Shown: positions 36,302 through 48,890 of the stretch, in pieces
Position numbering within the stretch: position 1 is the stretch's first letter
Layout: the number at the start of each line of letters is the position of its first letter
From: Antedon mediterranea
Taxonomy: Eukaryota > Animalia > Echinodermata
Direction of reading: 5' to 3'
DNA: 64,000 nt
Assembly (NCBI RefSeq): GCF_964355755.1
Contig: NC_092675.1
Coordinates: forward strand, 5,513,812-5,577,811
Position numbers and translations under genes: made by a program
The notes under the pieces: generated by a model
Told to the model about the DNA's origin: nothing
Seen by the model: the letters and a program-made list of their open reading frames with translations, nothing else
Database searches by the model: none

Positions 36302-37980
36302 TAAGTCACATTTTATTTGGTCTTTCCTCACTAAAGTCGTATAATTCAAGTGACTTATTTTATACTACTAGTAAATCAAACGTTAAATGTATACATCACC
36401 CACAGAGTGTTCACCTTTTGTAATACCTGTCTGGCCTTATGTCTCTAAAGTAATAGTAGATTTTAAAAACTTGATAACAAAATATTATATCATCATATAA
36501 TATGATTTTATTTTTGTATTGTATTTATATGGAATACAGTACTGTACATGTATGGACCTTAGTTCATGTTTTTAGCCAGTTTGACAATATTGCCTGTTTC
36601 ATGCCTAGCATACCTGGATAAAACAACATAACACTTTTCACTTCCAACGGGAGGACATACTGTAAATGTAATGAAAACATTGAACACCCCTTCAAGAGAA
36701 TTGTACTGTATCCTCTGCAAGCCAGGTCCTCATCTGGGTAACCCTCTGTACATGCTTCACCATATCTTTTAAAGATGCTGAAATTTAGGACATTTTTTTC
36801 ATTGAGAGATATTTGAACTACCTATTATTATTATTATTATTGAAGAATATATACGGAGTACTTTGAACAAATAAAGCTGAAGTTTGGTTCACTGAGTTCA
36901 ATAGCCTTAAAGCCTTGCTTGTCTATTTAATGTATGCTATGTACTACAGTAAATCGACAAGCTAGAAAATGACTTGTCACCGTCTTTGTCACCATTGCAG
37001 CAAATTTTTTGCATGCTGTGCAGCTACTGTAAACTTTGCCACTATGAGGTTTGTTTTAATATTCTAATGTTCTGTCCGATGCCTATTGATATATATGGTA
37101 TCTTAATTTAATTGCCTGAAAATAAGGAATGTAAACATTTATTTCTTTGTCTTATTTCAAATTATGTATATTGAATTTATTTGTTCACTCATCTTCTTTG
37201 TCATCAGTAGCTTTAGAGCAATGGGTTGTTAAAGTTTTTATGATAAGGAATTAGTCTGGCCAGCCTGCCAGAATTAAATGTAAATCATTATGTATGGCTA
37301 GTGGCCTGAAATTAATTGTCTTTTTATGGATTTAATACGACATCATGTTTTCAATGAAACGTTCAAAACTTCAAGAAAATGTATATTGCAAAATCATATA
37401 CTCTGACACTGTCAACACTGATTGGCTCTTCACAAACAAGGTCACAGCTTTCGTAGCATAGTTTATAAACAATGATCTTGCTCTATTTTCAAATTTGAAT
37501 TATAAAGATTTGTTTACATACATTTTTTATTTTATGTTTTATTTTGTGTTTTATTTTGTTATTACACGTCTGTGTCATCTTATTATATCATTGATGTTAT
37601 TCATGCTCATTTTTCATCTGTCACTGCTGGAAAATGTTGTAGAGCCAGAGGCCTAAAAAATCCCATGTGTTAATCTAACACTCTGACATTTAGGTACAGT
37701 AGCTGCATAAGTAGATAATTTCTTTTGATGTTAGCAGAGCATAGTCGTTATTTTGTCGTCCACAAATATCTTCTTCATATAGAATAATGCACAAATTATC
37801 TGCATATATAAATATTTTTAAATTTCCTGCTTTATAAGCAACCATTCCTGCTTTGTACACCATAGCTTTTGGAGGCGTGCCTTTATAACTATGCCTTTTG
37901 TTTGTTAACATCTTTGATTGGTTGATTTGTTTTATTATGTAATTTTGTGACTTATATATGTTATCCTTTGTTACAATTCT

Positions 37981-38021
37981 TTTCACCTGATGATGGGCTA
38001 TGCCCGAAACATGTCGTTAAA
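37981..38021 (+). ncRNA. Minimal type I hammerhead ribozyme (Penelope-like element type)
   Basis: TTTCAC-CTGATGA-T-GGGC-TAT-GCCC-GAA-ACATGT-C-GTTAAA: intact core, 4-bp stem II, palindromic stem III, GUC cleavage triplet, followed by AATAAA. Confidence 0.75.
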
Positions 38022-38622
38022 ATAAATCTATATTGAGGCAGTTTTAACTTATTTGATCTTGATTTTTTTCTATATCCTGCCTATGCAGCTCTTTGATTTA
38101 TATATAAATATTTATATTTATATTGTAAAGTACTACAAATTGATTCTTCTTTCATGTTTGTGTAGATCTAACTATATTACTTATTCCTGTCGGATACATT
38201 TTTGTAATAATTTTGTTATGTTAATTTTTGCTGTGGTCATGTGACCTGACATTTATTGGATTATCCTTTTTGACCTCAAATTTTCTTTTTCAACAAAATT
38301 TTAAAGGAACATGTTTTTTACAATGTTCAGAATTTTTTTAGAAGTTTTAAAGTAACGCAAGCTGACAGCTAAACTATAGAGGGAGTGTGCAGTGGAGGCA
38401 ATAATTGTATTTGTTAATCAATTACTTGTTCTATACACTGTAGTACCTGGCATACATATTTCAATTTACATTTATATCATATACTATTCCGTGGTTCATC
38501 TGCATAGTAAAATACATTTTGAGTTGTGATCACATTGGAGATTGAGAATCCAGTTTAATTATAGTTGGTTAATTGTTATCTGATATGGCAGGTTATCTGA
38601 CTGTTGATCACACTTGACTTAA

Positions 38623-39280
38623 ATACACCTTCCCTACGTTTTTTATATCTACTTTAAGATCACAAACTATATTTAATGTAAAAATAATACTACATGGTCC
38701 TATTGTGATAACTTTTTTCGTCTTTAAATGGTTAAAAATGTGAAAAATAAGTTGATTCTAATAATTATAGCGGCCTGCTATAAATCCCAAAATGCATTTG
38801 AACGCAGATTGATATTTTTGTTTTTCTAATGTAATTCACCCACTTTTCGATCGATCGTGAGGCATAAAACAAATGGAAGACTCCTATCTTTTCAGCGAAA
38901 ATACCGGGTTTGCCCCAATTTGTATCAACGGAGTCTGGCAAAAATTGAAAGACAATTAAAGCAGCAACTATACAACGTCAGACTAGGTATTAAGCTAGCG
39001 TACGATGTTCGTACGTTACCGATGTTTACCAGCTAGGCCTACAAAACTAAGCCTAGCTAGGCTAGGCCTACAAAACTAAGCCTAGCTAGGCTAGGCCTAA
39101 AGACGTCCACGAGAGGTCATTCGCTGCGAGCTACTTAGGTAGTGCATTGTTTCTCACTTTTTATTATATTATTTACCATAAAACGTACATTTAAGACAAG
39201 GAATGACCTGGTTTAATGTTTTTAAAGTAATAATTATGTATTATTTTTACAAAACGTCACCAATTGTAGGGAAGGTGTCT
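38623..39280 (+). mobile_element. Kolobok-like non-autonomous element B, copy 2
   Basis: TTAA|ATACACCTTCCCTAC ... GTAGGGAAGGTGTCT|TTAA. Similar to 4717-5333 along its length, with an internal ~29-bp duplication. Confidence 0.85.
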
Positions 39281-39283
39281 TTA

Positions 39284-39415
39284 AGCTCTGTCTACACTAT
39301 CAAACTAGTGCCCAAATGTGATAGTGATATGCCCAAATATGGTAGTGATATGACAACATCACGTCCATATATCACATTTTTTTATCACATAAAGTTGGAT
39401 ATTGTAGACAGAGCT
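39284..39415. mobile_element. MITE family A copy abutting element B
   Basis: AGCTCTGTCTACACTATC ... TGTAGACAGAGCT. Overlaps the right TTAA of element B. Confidence 0.85.
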
Positions 39416-40669
39416 TAAAACAGCAGTGTTATTGTAGCGTTATATACATTTTCTTTGTTAAGCAATCAAAGCAAAGTAGCACACATTAAAGATTTGCAAT
39501 ATAGTATTTTCTGAAATGAATTTAGCATTTCTTTAGGCTTAACATTAATATTATTCATACATAGCACCAATCTGACATAAATGATTAATCCGCGCTTACA
39601 CTAATTGCTGTGGTAACAGTGGCCTGCTTATACTGACTTAGCAATTCAACTTGATTAAAAGAATAAATCCTTCTGGATAAAGAAGCAGGTTTGTTTTGAT
39701 TAAAATTCAGAAATAATTAATCAGATTTATATCTTCTTTAAAAAAGGATTTACTAGGATTTTAAACGGATTTATTTCCATATTAATTAGTAGATTCTCCA
39801 TCCAGTATTTCCAAGTTTCCTAAACAATTCCATGTCTTAACTGTAACTGGTTTCTAATTATTTATCAACATTTTCCCTGATTAATAATTTTTGAATAAAA
39901 TCCAATTGAAAAGTTTCTTGTCTTGTTTGCACATTTATTAGTTATTTTGAGACATCCTTCTTCTTGCCTATAGATTTTTTTTAATGCACCTCCTTTAGTT
40001 TGATGTCTTTGTAAATTCTCCTGATATTTATTCTCTTTTTTTGGTGACATGGAAATTGTTTTGAGTTCTGAAATAAAGTTGGTTTGTTTCACCAAGAAAT
40101 ACAATACAATACAAATCTTAGAATAGAAGTGCATAAAAAATATTTTCATTAACACCTTTATCAAAATCAAAAATGTTTTTTTATATATAAAATACTGTAC
40201 AGTTATATTCTTCAATAATGAATTCCATACCTAAAATACTAATAGTACATTAAATATGGTACCTTTAATTACATATTGCAAATAATTGAAGTGAGCCCTC
40301 ATACTGCCACACCCATCGAAATTTTCTTTTTAAATTTTCAATAGTGATAGACTTGCATATATTTGCAAGCATTGTTATAACCATGGTTTTTCCTTAATAT
40401 TCATCTGTTCCAAATGTTTGTGTGTAAATTAGTTTATAGCGAATGTTAATGTAGGTTTAGAGATATGCATAATGATTGACCGCTCTCTGCAGTAATATAG
40501 TGTTAAACTATAGTAGGTCACTCGGTCTGATCATGTCTAATTTTTTATAAGACTGCCTACATGGCTAAGGGTTTGTTCACACACACACAAAGCGTACGGT
40601 AATCTGTGTCATCAAGCAGATAATATGTATACATTCATGTGTTCTCAATGTACTTTGTATAAGTATCAG

Positions 40670-41006
40670 TATTTCTGCTGATTATTTTTTTGAGCGTGAT
40701 GAAGATGTTAGAACACGTGGTCATTCTTTAAAATTAAAATTTAAGTTCTCGCGCACAAATTGGATGAGGGACTCATTTGGTCGAAAAGCTATTATATTAT
40801 GGAATTTGTTATCGGAGGATATAGTAGCTTAAAGATCAACCAATCAATTTAAGTCCGGTCTTGAACGGGCATGGTCCAACCACCCTCTTAAATTTGCGCC
40901 ATATTCAAGAGTTGATATAATTATCAAGAGGGGCTTATAGGCATAGCCTAGCCTCGACTCCGGACCCAGCATTGCTGAGCTCCGGAAACAAGTAAACAAG
41001 TAAGTA
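40670..41006 (+). mobile_element. 5'-truncated CR1-clade LINE 3' end
   Basis: Translates FERDEDVRTRGHSLKLKFKFSRTNWMRDSFGRKAIILWNLLSEDIVA*RSTNQFKSGLE, the CR1 ORF2 C-terminal TRGH..WN.L..FK..L pattern. Ends in (ACAAGTAA)n. Confidence 0.85.
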
Positions 41007-44000
41007 CAGTACAAAATTACGTCAGAGTAGTAGGGCAAACTGACCAAATACTCAACTCCCTGACACAAAGCTACTCCACATAATAGTTAAATACAATTTT
41101 CATCCTTATTGCGACTTATAATCAAAATACAAGTTTTATTATAATCAAAATTAAAACAATATTTCACCAACAGAATGTTGTATTGTATAAACACACCTAG
41201 CATTTACCATTGCAATGCAGTGGCTAGTGTCTTGTCTATGCCCAATATAAAATACACTGAGTATACTGTAGGTCCAAACTATGCAAATTAGAAGTTCTGG
41301 ATTATTTTTCATTATTAATTTCATCATATTATTATATCTTATTAGTTTATTTCAACCATAGAGAATTGTTTTCTATTAAAATTATTAATCATATGTTTAA
41401 GATGGTTTCTTGTTTTCTGATTTTTTTTTATCTTCCACTTTTTCTCTTTATTGTTAAAGTTTTTATGCTAATTTTTACAATTATAAAGATATTGATATTC
41501 AAATTTTAAAAAGCTATGTTTTTTTGTAATAAGTATTGTTATGCTGCCACACAATTCTCAAAACTAGTGTTGATGATATACGGTGTTTGATGATAATGAT
41601 ATCATTATCTAAGTCAAAACTTACACTTTGACTAATCACTCATTAAGTCATTATGTGCAATTTAATTGACATGATGATCATGAAGCCTACAGATATGTTA
41701 TTCACATGGGACAAAATCACTGACAGAAAATTCCAATTATGCATTGTGATGATAATGACGATGATAATCTAATAAATTCTAATAAGGATGTGTTCATGAA
41801 AAGTATAATTCAATCAGACCAAGGTGTGTTTTAATTGTTGTATTACCAGTAAGATGCTGTTGTTCACTTCATCAGTATATTTCATGTAGTAATAGGGCAT
41901 TGAACATTATAAGCTCTCGAAGTAGTTCACGTGTGACGATGCTACATTGAATGAATTTTCACTTTATGCAATAATGCATAAATTTAGTGACATGGCTAGT
42001 AGTATTGAATAATTACATACATATTCTTTTCCCTTGATTTCCCCTTTATTGTTTGATTCACATATTTATTTTAGCAAGTATCACCTTATGTTATACTGGT
42101 AAAAGTTTCTAGAATTTAATATACGTTTTATGTTTTAGTATTTATCGCAACCTTTGTAATAAATTATTGGCATTAATAAAAATTGCAATATTTACAGTTA
42201 GAGCAAGTTATTGACATAATTGATTAATGATTGTAGCTGTAGTTCAATCAATTCAATTCTGAATTTTGCAGATTGATAAAAATTGCATTTCATAATTATT
42301 CTGAATCTCATTGTAATTATCAGTCGAAAATGATAAAAAAAAATAGTGATGATTGATAATGATGTCATCATTATCTAGTTTTTAATTAATTTAAATTATT
42401 GGCACTTCTCCTCTATTTTAATTTATGTGCAGCGCATCTTTACTGTATGTGCTATATAAGAATTACCTATTATCATTTTCATATCATCATTATTCATCAT
42501 CTTCATCTAAACATCACAATTATCAGGAAAATTTAAAACAATGTTATTTTTTATCTAAATTTGTATCAATCTTTTTACCTTTTGGAAAATGTTGCTTTTT
42601 AAAAAGCAGAGTGTATGATATTAAGTAGTTTCTTCTCAGAATTTTTGCGATATATAGACATTTTACACTTTTTAAGGAGACCATCAAATTGAGCAGTGTA
42701 AACGTATTCTTCTGCTTAGGTTTTAACATGTTTTCTACATGCTGATTCTATGTTTACTGTGAAACCGTTGTGTAAAAAGTAATATAATCTGGATAAATTA
42801 TCCTAATTTTCTTGCCAGCAGAAGTTTGTCAATAATTACGTACTGTACGCCATGTTTTCTATCGGCAAAGTTGGCCGTGAAATTTTATTCTGTTATTACT
42901 AATTAGACAGCCTTATAGTTCTATGTGCCAATAGAAAACTTTACATTAGACCTTTACGATAGAAAATAATCAATTACATGCACGGTTGACTGTGCCAATA
43001 GTCACATCCGTTTAAAACACTCAATCGATTAGAATACTATTTTAAAACTGTTATATAATTAGTATAATGTCTATTTTAACTAATAATAATATAGAGCATA
43101 ATCATTTTCATTCTCACAATAAACCAACCATCCTTGTAATAAACTGCTATAAACATTCTGTGATGTGCTATTATTATTATTAACTATGAATTTTCTTTTT
43201 TTTCATGCACCAGCAGTAAAAGCTGTTATGACAAAGTTATCTCTAACTAGAAATGTTTAAATTGTATATTCATAGAACTTTTATATTACCAATTAATTTT
43301 TAAAATTTATTCTGATTTTTCAATTTTGAGATTTACAATTTAATGTAAAATTTGAATTTGATATCAAAATACAATAAACTATTTAATGATATTTATTGTA
43401 TGCTGTGTGTATCCAACATGCGTCTCTTTTGTTACCATATGAGAGGGCGCTATTTAAGTTTATTGTTTTAGACATTCAACATGCGTACATTTGATTACAC
43501 GGCACACCTGATTCTCGGTACTCTATAATATCTAGATTTCTCCAGTATTTTTAGGAACATTCTGTAATACAACATTACATATATTGCCTAGTATCATCCA
43601 CCAAACAAGCCTATAATAGTCTTATATAGTCTGTCTGATACAGACGCCACATGTGAAACACATGGGATGCTGTATTACCAAATGTTCCTATGATACTGAA
43701 AAAATACATCATATTATAATTTTTTAAATACTGTAATCATTTCTATTTTTGTTTGGAATTTTACATTCAGATAGTGTTATTAGCAGTACATGTAATGGTT
43801 ATGAAGGAATATATTGATTTTGACTTTCGGAATCAACAACATTTGTAAGACGAGACTAATTAAATTTAGAGTTGGGCTCCACTTTCGTAAATCAATGTCA
43901 GTACATCTGTATAGTTGATCAGCAAAGTTTATCGTGGTCTTGCTACTGTATATGATGATGACTACTGGTTGTGAAAAGACAGCCAAGAGGATTGCCATAT

Positions 44001-44184
44001 CTACGGTCTTTGTGAAGCAGGTCTACTTTGATCTATAAGTAAAGGCTGTCAAACAACCATTAAGAATATGGAAAGTTATGCAAATTCAGGCCCATAAAGC
44101 AAGAAAATGTATTTTATTATTATATTGTATGAAGAATTATAGCAACATAAATGCTAAGCCTGCCTAGGAGGAAGCTTAATAGAT

Positions 44185-44603
44185 AATTTATAAGACCTCC
44201 AGACTTAAAATTGTAGGAGTCACTGTACTTTATAGTCACTTAAATCCAAAACTGCCAAAATTATGTTATTAGAGCAGACATAATTCTTAGAGTCAGTACT
44301 GCATATTTCAAAAGTCTTTCTAAGACCACCAGACTTCATATTGGCGCAGTCATAGTACAAGGGTTACAGTTAATGCCATAATATATTGCAACAGTCTCAA
44401 GTCGAAGATTGGCATTCTTTATGATTATGGCCATCATAATTCTTAAGAGTCCTACTGCCATATTGCAAAAGTCTTTCTAAGACCACCAGACTTCATATTG
44501 GAGCAGTCATAGTTACAAGGGTTACATTAACTGCCATAATATATGACAGTCTCAAGTCGAAGATTGGCATTCTTTATGATTATGGCTGTCATAATTCTAT
44601 GAG
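44185..44603 (+). repeat. Tandem duplication, ~157-bp unit x2 plus a degenerate partial unit
   Basis: AAAAGTCTTTCTAAGACCACCAGACTTCATATTGG and AGTCTCAAGTCGAAGATTGGCATTC each occur twice. Confidence 0.85.
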
Positions 44604-44605
44604 TT

Positions 44606-44738
44606 AGTCCTCTGTCTACACTATCTACTTTGACAAAAGTGTGATGCACCCAAATATGGTAGTGATATTACCTCATCATGTCAATATATGAGCACATCAC
44701 ATTTTTGTCACATAAAGTTTGATAGCGTAGACAAAGCT
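44606..44738. mobile_element. MITE family A copy
   Basis: CTCTGTCTACACTATC ... GATAGCGTAGACAAAGCT. Confidence 0.8.
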
Positions 44739-45401
44739 TTAGAAAACCATCACATTTTATATTTAACCATTATAATTCTGGAAGTGTTTAATTCTTGATT
44801 ATTTTTTAAATGTTGCTGTGTTTAATGTTTAATTAACACTGTCTGTCTAGTGGTTCGTAACCTGTCATTCAGATTTGTCCACTCCATTTCCATGATCTTA
44901 TCAGTGACACTTTCATGCCCCATAATTAATTGATTGCTAAACAACCGTGTTAAATTTGAAATCACTTAAAAGTTTTAATGGCTGTAAATGGTCAGTGTTG
45001 AAATTAATTTATTCAGCTGAATTTCAATGCGTAATATTCAAACAGGTTATGGGAAATTAGGTATTATTAGCCATTTAGTCGATATACGGCATTGATTTTA
45101 TCTTGTACAGTATTCTAGTTATATTTTCAAATTGATTCCTTAAGAATTTTTTTACAACAATACTGTATATATAATTTAACAAATAGAAAAATGTTTTTAT
45201 AATTTAATATGAAACCCTTTTACCTGTTGCTGTACCTGTAAATTATTTTTAAGGAATATTTCTCACCTTAATAAGTTTGGATGAAGTAAGAGTTTGTTAT
45301 AATGAAATCCGCTAAATTTAAATGCAAATATTGTATTTTTTTAGTATGATTAATTTCTGAGATGCGTCACAACAATTCTGAAATTTTCTAAACCTTTATA
45401 A

Positions 45402-45505
45402 AGCTCTGTCTACACTATCATGACAAAATGTGCTGTACTGTATGGTGGTTATAGTATGCCCAAATATGGTAGTGATATGACATCATTTTTTGTCACAAAG
45501 TTTAA
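45402..45505. mobile_element. MITE family A, partial copy
   Basis: Left TIR AGCTCTGTCTACACTATCA and internal CCCAAATATGGTAGTGATATGACATCAT. Confidence 0.7.
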
Positions 45506-46039
45506 TAATACAATCAATCAAGGTTTTGGTTTTTTATACTATTATTATTATTATTGTTATTAATATTATTATTTGGTTTTGTTATGGCTATTTTTTTATC
45601 TAGAGCTAGGCTAAGACTTTCTGAAATCATGCTTGCCATACCAAATAGTCTCCCAAATTGTTCTTATCTTGATCGTTACAAACATTTCTGCATACAAAAC
45701 ATCTTGGTACTCAATTCCAACATCCTAGGCTCAAATCCTGGTGAAGCTATTATAGTGTATAACCATTTAGGACAAAATAATGGTAAGAATAGTTTCTTTT
45801 AATACATAGCCTTATATTCCTTGTGGTGAAATTGCAACCAAGGACTCATAAAAACCGCAGTAGTTTTACCACAAGAAACACTTTCCTCATTCTGAAATTG
45901 ATAATTAAATTTGATAAAAAGTCCCTTAATACTACAGAATTTATGAATTCATTTTCAACATAATTTTACCAATAAGAATATTCTAAGAACTGTAACATTT
46001 TTATTTATTCAAATGCAATGTATTCTTTTTTTTCCCTAG

Positions 46040-46047
46040 TTGATGCG
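46040..46047 (+). other. Candidate 8-nt microexon TTGATGCG
   Basis: TTCTTTTTTTTCCCTAG|TTGATGCG|GTGAGT, with a TGC ~25 nt upstream of the acceptor. Confidence 0.4.
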
Positions 46048-46528
46048 GTGAGTATTAACGACTGTTATTATATGCGTTTTGATCCGGCTGAGAATATTTT
46101 AAGTGCAGTCATAGATTTTAAAGGTTAGAATATTTCTATAATGTCTTGAGTTTTTGGACGAAAAGGAGAGCTATGATAGTTATTACTACATTTATCTTTA
46201 AATACTATAAATATATAATATATTAGCTATGGGAATAATTATCTTTATGCTGTCTTTAAACTATGTATTACTACACAATAAATATTTTATGTAAGTTGTA
46301 ACAGGTATACAGTATTTTCATAGTTCATCAAAATATATTTTATGTGTCTAGGCATTTTTTATTCATAGTATAATGTTTTACAAATCTGGAAATATATTTT
46401 CTGCTATATATATTATGCTTAAAGTTTAAAGAATAATTCTCCTACTGTACATATTTTTCTCCCAACATTTTTTTTGTTATTTTTGTCTCTTAGTGTGATT
46501 AAGCAATTGTACTACAACCTTGTGAATG

Positions 46529-46953
46529 TGGGTTTGGTGTAATGGTTATATATCCAGCCTTACACATTTCAGATCCCTGGTTCAATTCTTGCTGAGGATC
46601 TTTTTTTTTATTATTCTTATTATTTTTTTATAAATTTTATTATTTTTTTATTATATTTTGATTTTGTTACTATGAACGAACGCAAGACTGCTCAGTACCA
46701 GATCACCGGCTTTTGAATTTTGTCTCCATCTTTTAACACTAGCAGGTCGGAAAATAATAATAAGAAGTGGTCCAGAATTGGGATGATCCTGGTCAGATTG
46801 CTTCCAAAATTTAATGGAGTGGTCCTTGGCCATATGTCTATCTCTGGTTTAAATTTGGTAAAGATTTAACGATACCTTTTTAATTAATCCTGGTATTAAA
46901 AAACAAACACACACTGGCAATCAACTACATAACTTCCTTGGCGGAGATAATAA
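46529..46953 (+). mobile_element. tRNA-like head (46529-46600) followed by an interspersed repeat ending in a 3' stem-loop
   Basis: Degenerate A box TGGTGTAATGG and B box GGTTCAATTC. The end CATAACTTCCTTGGCGGAGATAATAA resembles Helentron/HINE-type 3' hairpins; classification uncertain. Confidence 0.45.
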
Positions 46954-47139
46954 CAAGACTAATAGAGTTTCCTGATCAGCAATATTTCTAACAAGAAAAT
47001 TAGATATTTTTGTCACAACTGTCTTAAACCAAAGAATATGTGACTTTTAATATAGTAAACTTAGTATCTTGACACAAACACCTATTCTCAATCAGCATAA
47101 TGGGATGACCCAAATTCACCAATTGCAGGATGAGATGCT

Positions 47140-47275
47140 TATAAACTAAATAAAGTCTCATTTGAGGCTTAGGGAGTAGAATTGAAAGAGTTTACAACCC
47201 TGGCATTAGGTCAGGATTGAATCCTGGACCTTGGGATTGGAAGGCAAGCATGTTAACCACCAAGCTACAGCTCCA
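47140..47275 (-). mobile_element. Degenerate tRNA-derived SINE head
   Basis: Minus strand GGAGCTGTAGCTTGGTGGTTAA...GGATTCAATCC (A and B boxes). Confidence 0.6.
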
Positions 47276-48134
47276 CTACTTGTAATATTAATTATTCTTT
47301 TATTTAATAATTCTATAGCAAATAAGTTGTTGATGATTTGAGTAAATCCCTACATTAATATTTTCAATTATAAAGTAAGATGAGACTTGTGTAGGAAGAC
47401 AATGTAATTAACGCAATTCCATGTTTTGAATTCTACGTAAGTAATGGCTACTATTAATATTTACCAATATTCTGCTAAAGATAACAATGATAAATAGATA
47501 ATACATTTTCCCTACAGACAAGGAGATTATAAAAGTTTTCATCATAGAACTATAGGATAACCATTTAAAATACTCTCTCCAATCAAATGAAATCATGATT
47601 GATAAGAACAATAACATCCAACGATTTTATTGTTCTTATTGACGTCACTTAATTGGACTTTTCGTTGAACATAGATTCCACAATTTTTATTTAAATAGTT
47701 ATTACTACAGTATGTTAATCTTCAACTGGAAATATATTCATTCACACTGATATTCACAATCTTTAATTAGATTATTATTTATTATGTATCAACCATGTTT
47801 TTTGATAAAAGACAAAATGATTTAAGTATGATTGCTGGCTTCAGGGATTAAGTCTTATTTCGTGCCTGCTTACCCGGATAAACCGACAATATAGCCCTCT
47901 CTCTCCGAATAATAACTTATATAAACATTGTGTTATTTGTTGTGCACTTTTCAGGCCTTGCAAATAAACTGGATGTATTTTAACAGTGTTCTATGTATAC
48001 AAATTAAACAATAAATACTCTAATAGACTATTTCTTGCTAGCTTACCTGGACAAACCTACAACACCATATTCTCCTTGAAGAAAAACATTTGAACATTTA
48101 TTCTGTAAATGTTGGTGAAAGCCATTTAACTTAT

Positions 48135-48890
48135 CATCATCATCTTAAACGCTAATTGCCGTCGACATTGGGCATCTCTCTTGTGTTCGCGACTCAGTAC
48201 ATTTTAGAGCAAGCATGTGTATAGGTCAGCATGTGAAAAGTTCTGTTTCCTTTTTAATGTTTGTCATCCATGTTATTTTTGGTCTTCCTTTTGGTCTTTT
48301 GGTTTTTTTCTGAGCCTTTCCGAGTGCGATCTTAGCTGGTGTGTTTTCATTTAAACGGAGCAGGTGACCATACCATGTCAGCCTTCTTTTCTTTACGTTC
48401 TTCTCAACTCAATTTCTCCTGTTCTACAAATCATCATTTTTTATTTTCTCCGGCCACCTTTATACCTATTATTTTCTTTGAAAGACATCGATTTCGCTCT
48501 GTAGTGATACTGTCATTTTCCACAGTTCACAATTATACAAAAACTCATAGTAATTGTTTTACCATTAGGGGAAAAAACGTAGTCTACTTTTAAAGATTCT
48601 TTCCAATAATGATAGCAGTTATCAAAATTCGTAAAATAGAGAAAATTCTAAAAAAAGAAAATTCTGATATTTGGAAAGTTACTGGTTTTCAGAAAGATCG
48701 GTCAAGTGAATATTCGATCTCTTTATTACCATTGAATCAGATTGCTTCTCCTCTATTTACGCGAGTTGCACTGGATGCCTGTCCAGTAAAGGATTGAATT
48801 TAAGATCTTGGTACAAGTATATAACTGCATCAATGGTTTAGCACCCGTCTATTTACAGGAACTAATCCAGATGTACACTAGATATTGCTA
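48135..48890 (-). mobile_element. Degenerate RTE-type LINE 3' fragment
   Basis: Minus strand encodes WYGHLLRLNENTPAKIAL....KRPKGRPKITW and ends in a (GAT)n tail. 5' boundary approximate. Confidence 0.75.

Noticed and set aside
46529-46600. tRNA gene
   Set aside because: A and B boxes are degenerate and the acceptor stem does not pair; better explained as a SINE head or tRNA pseudogene.
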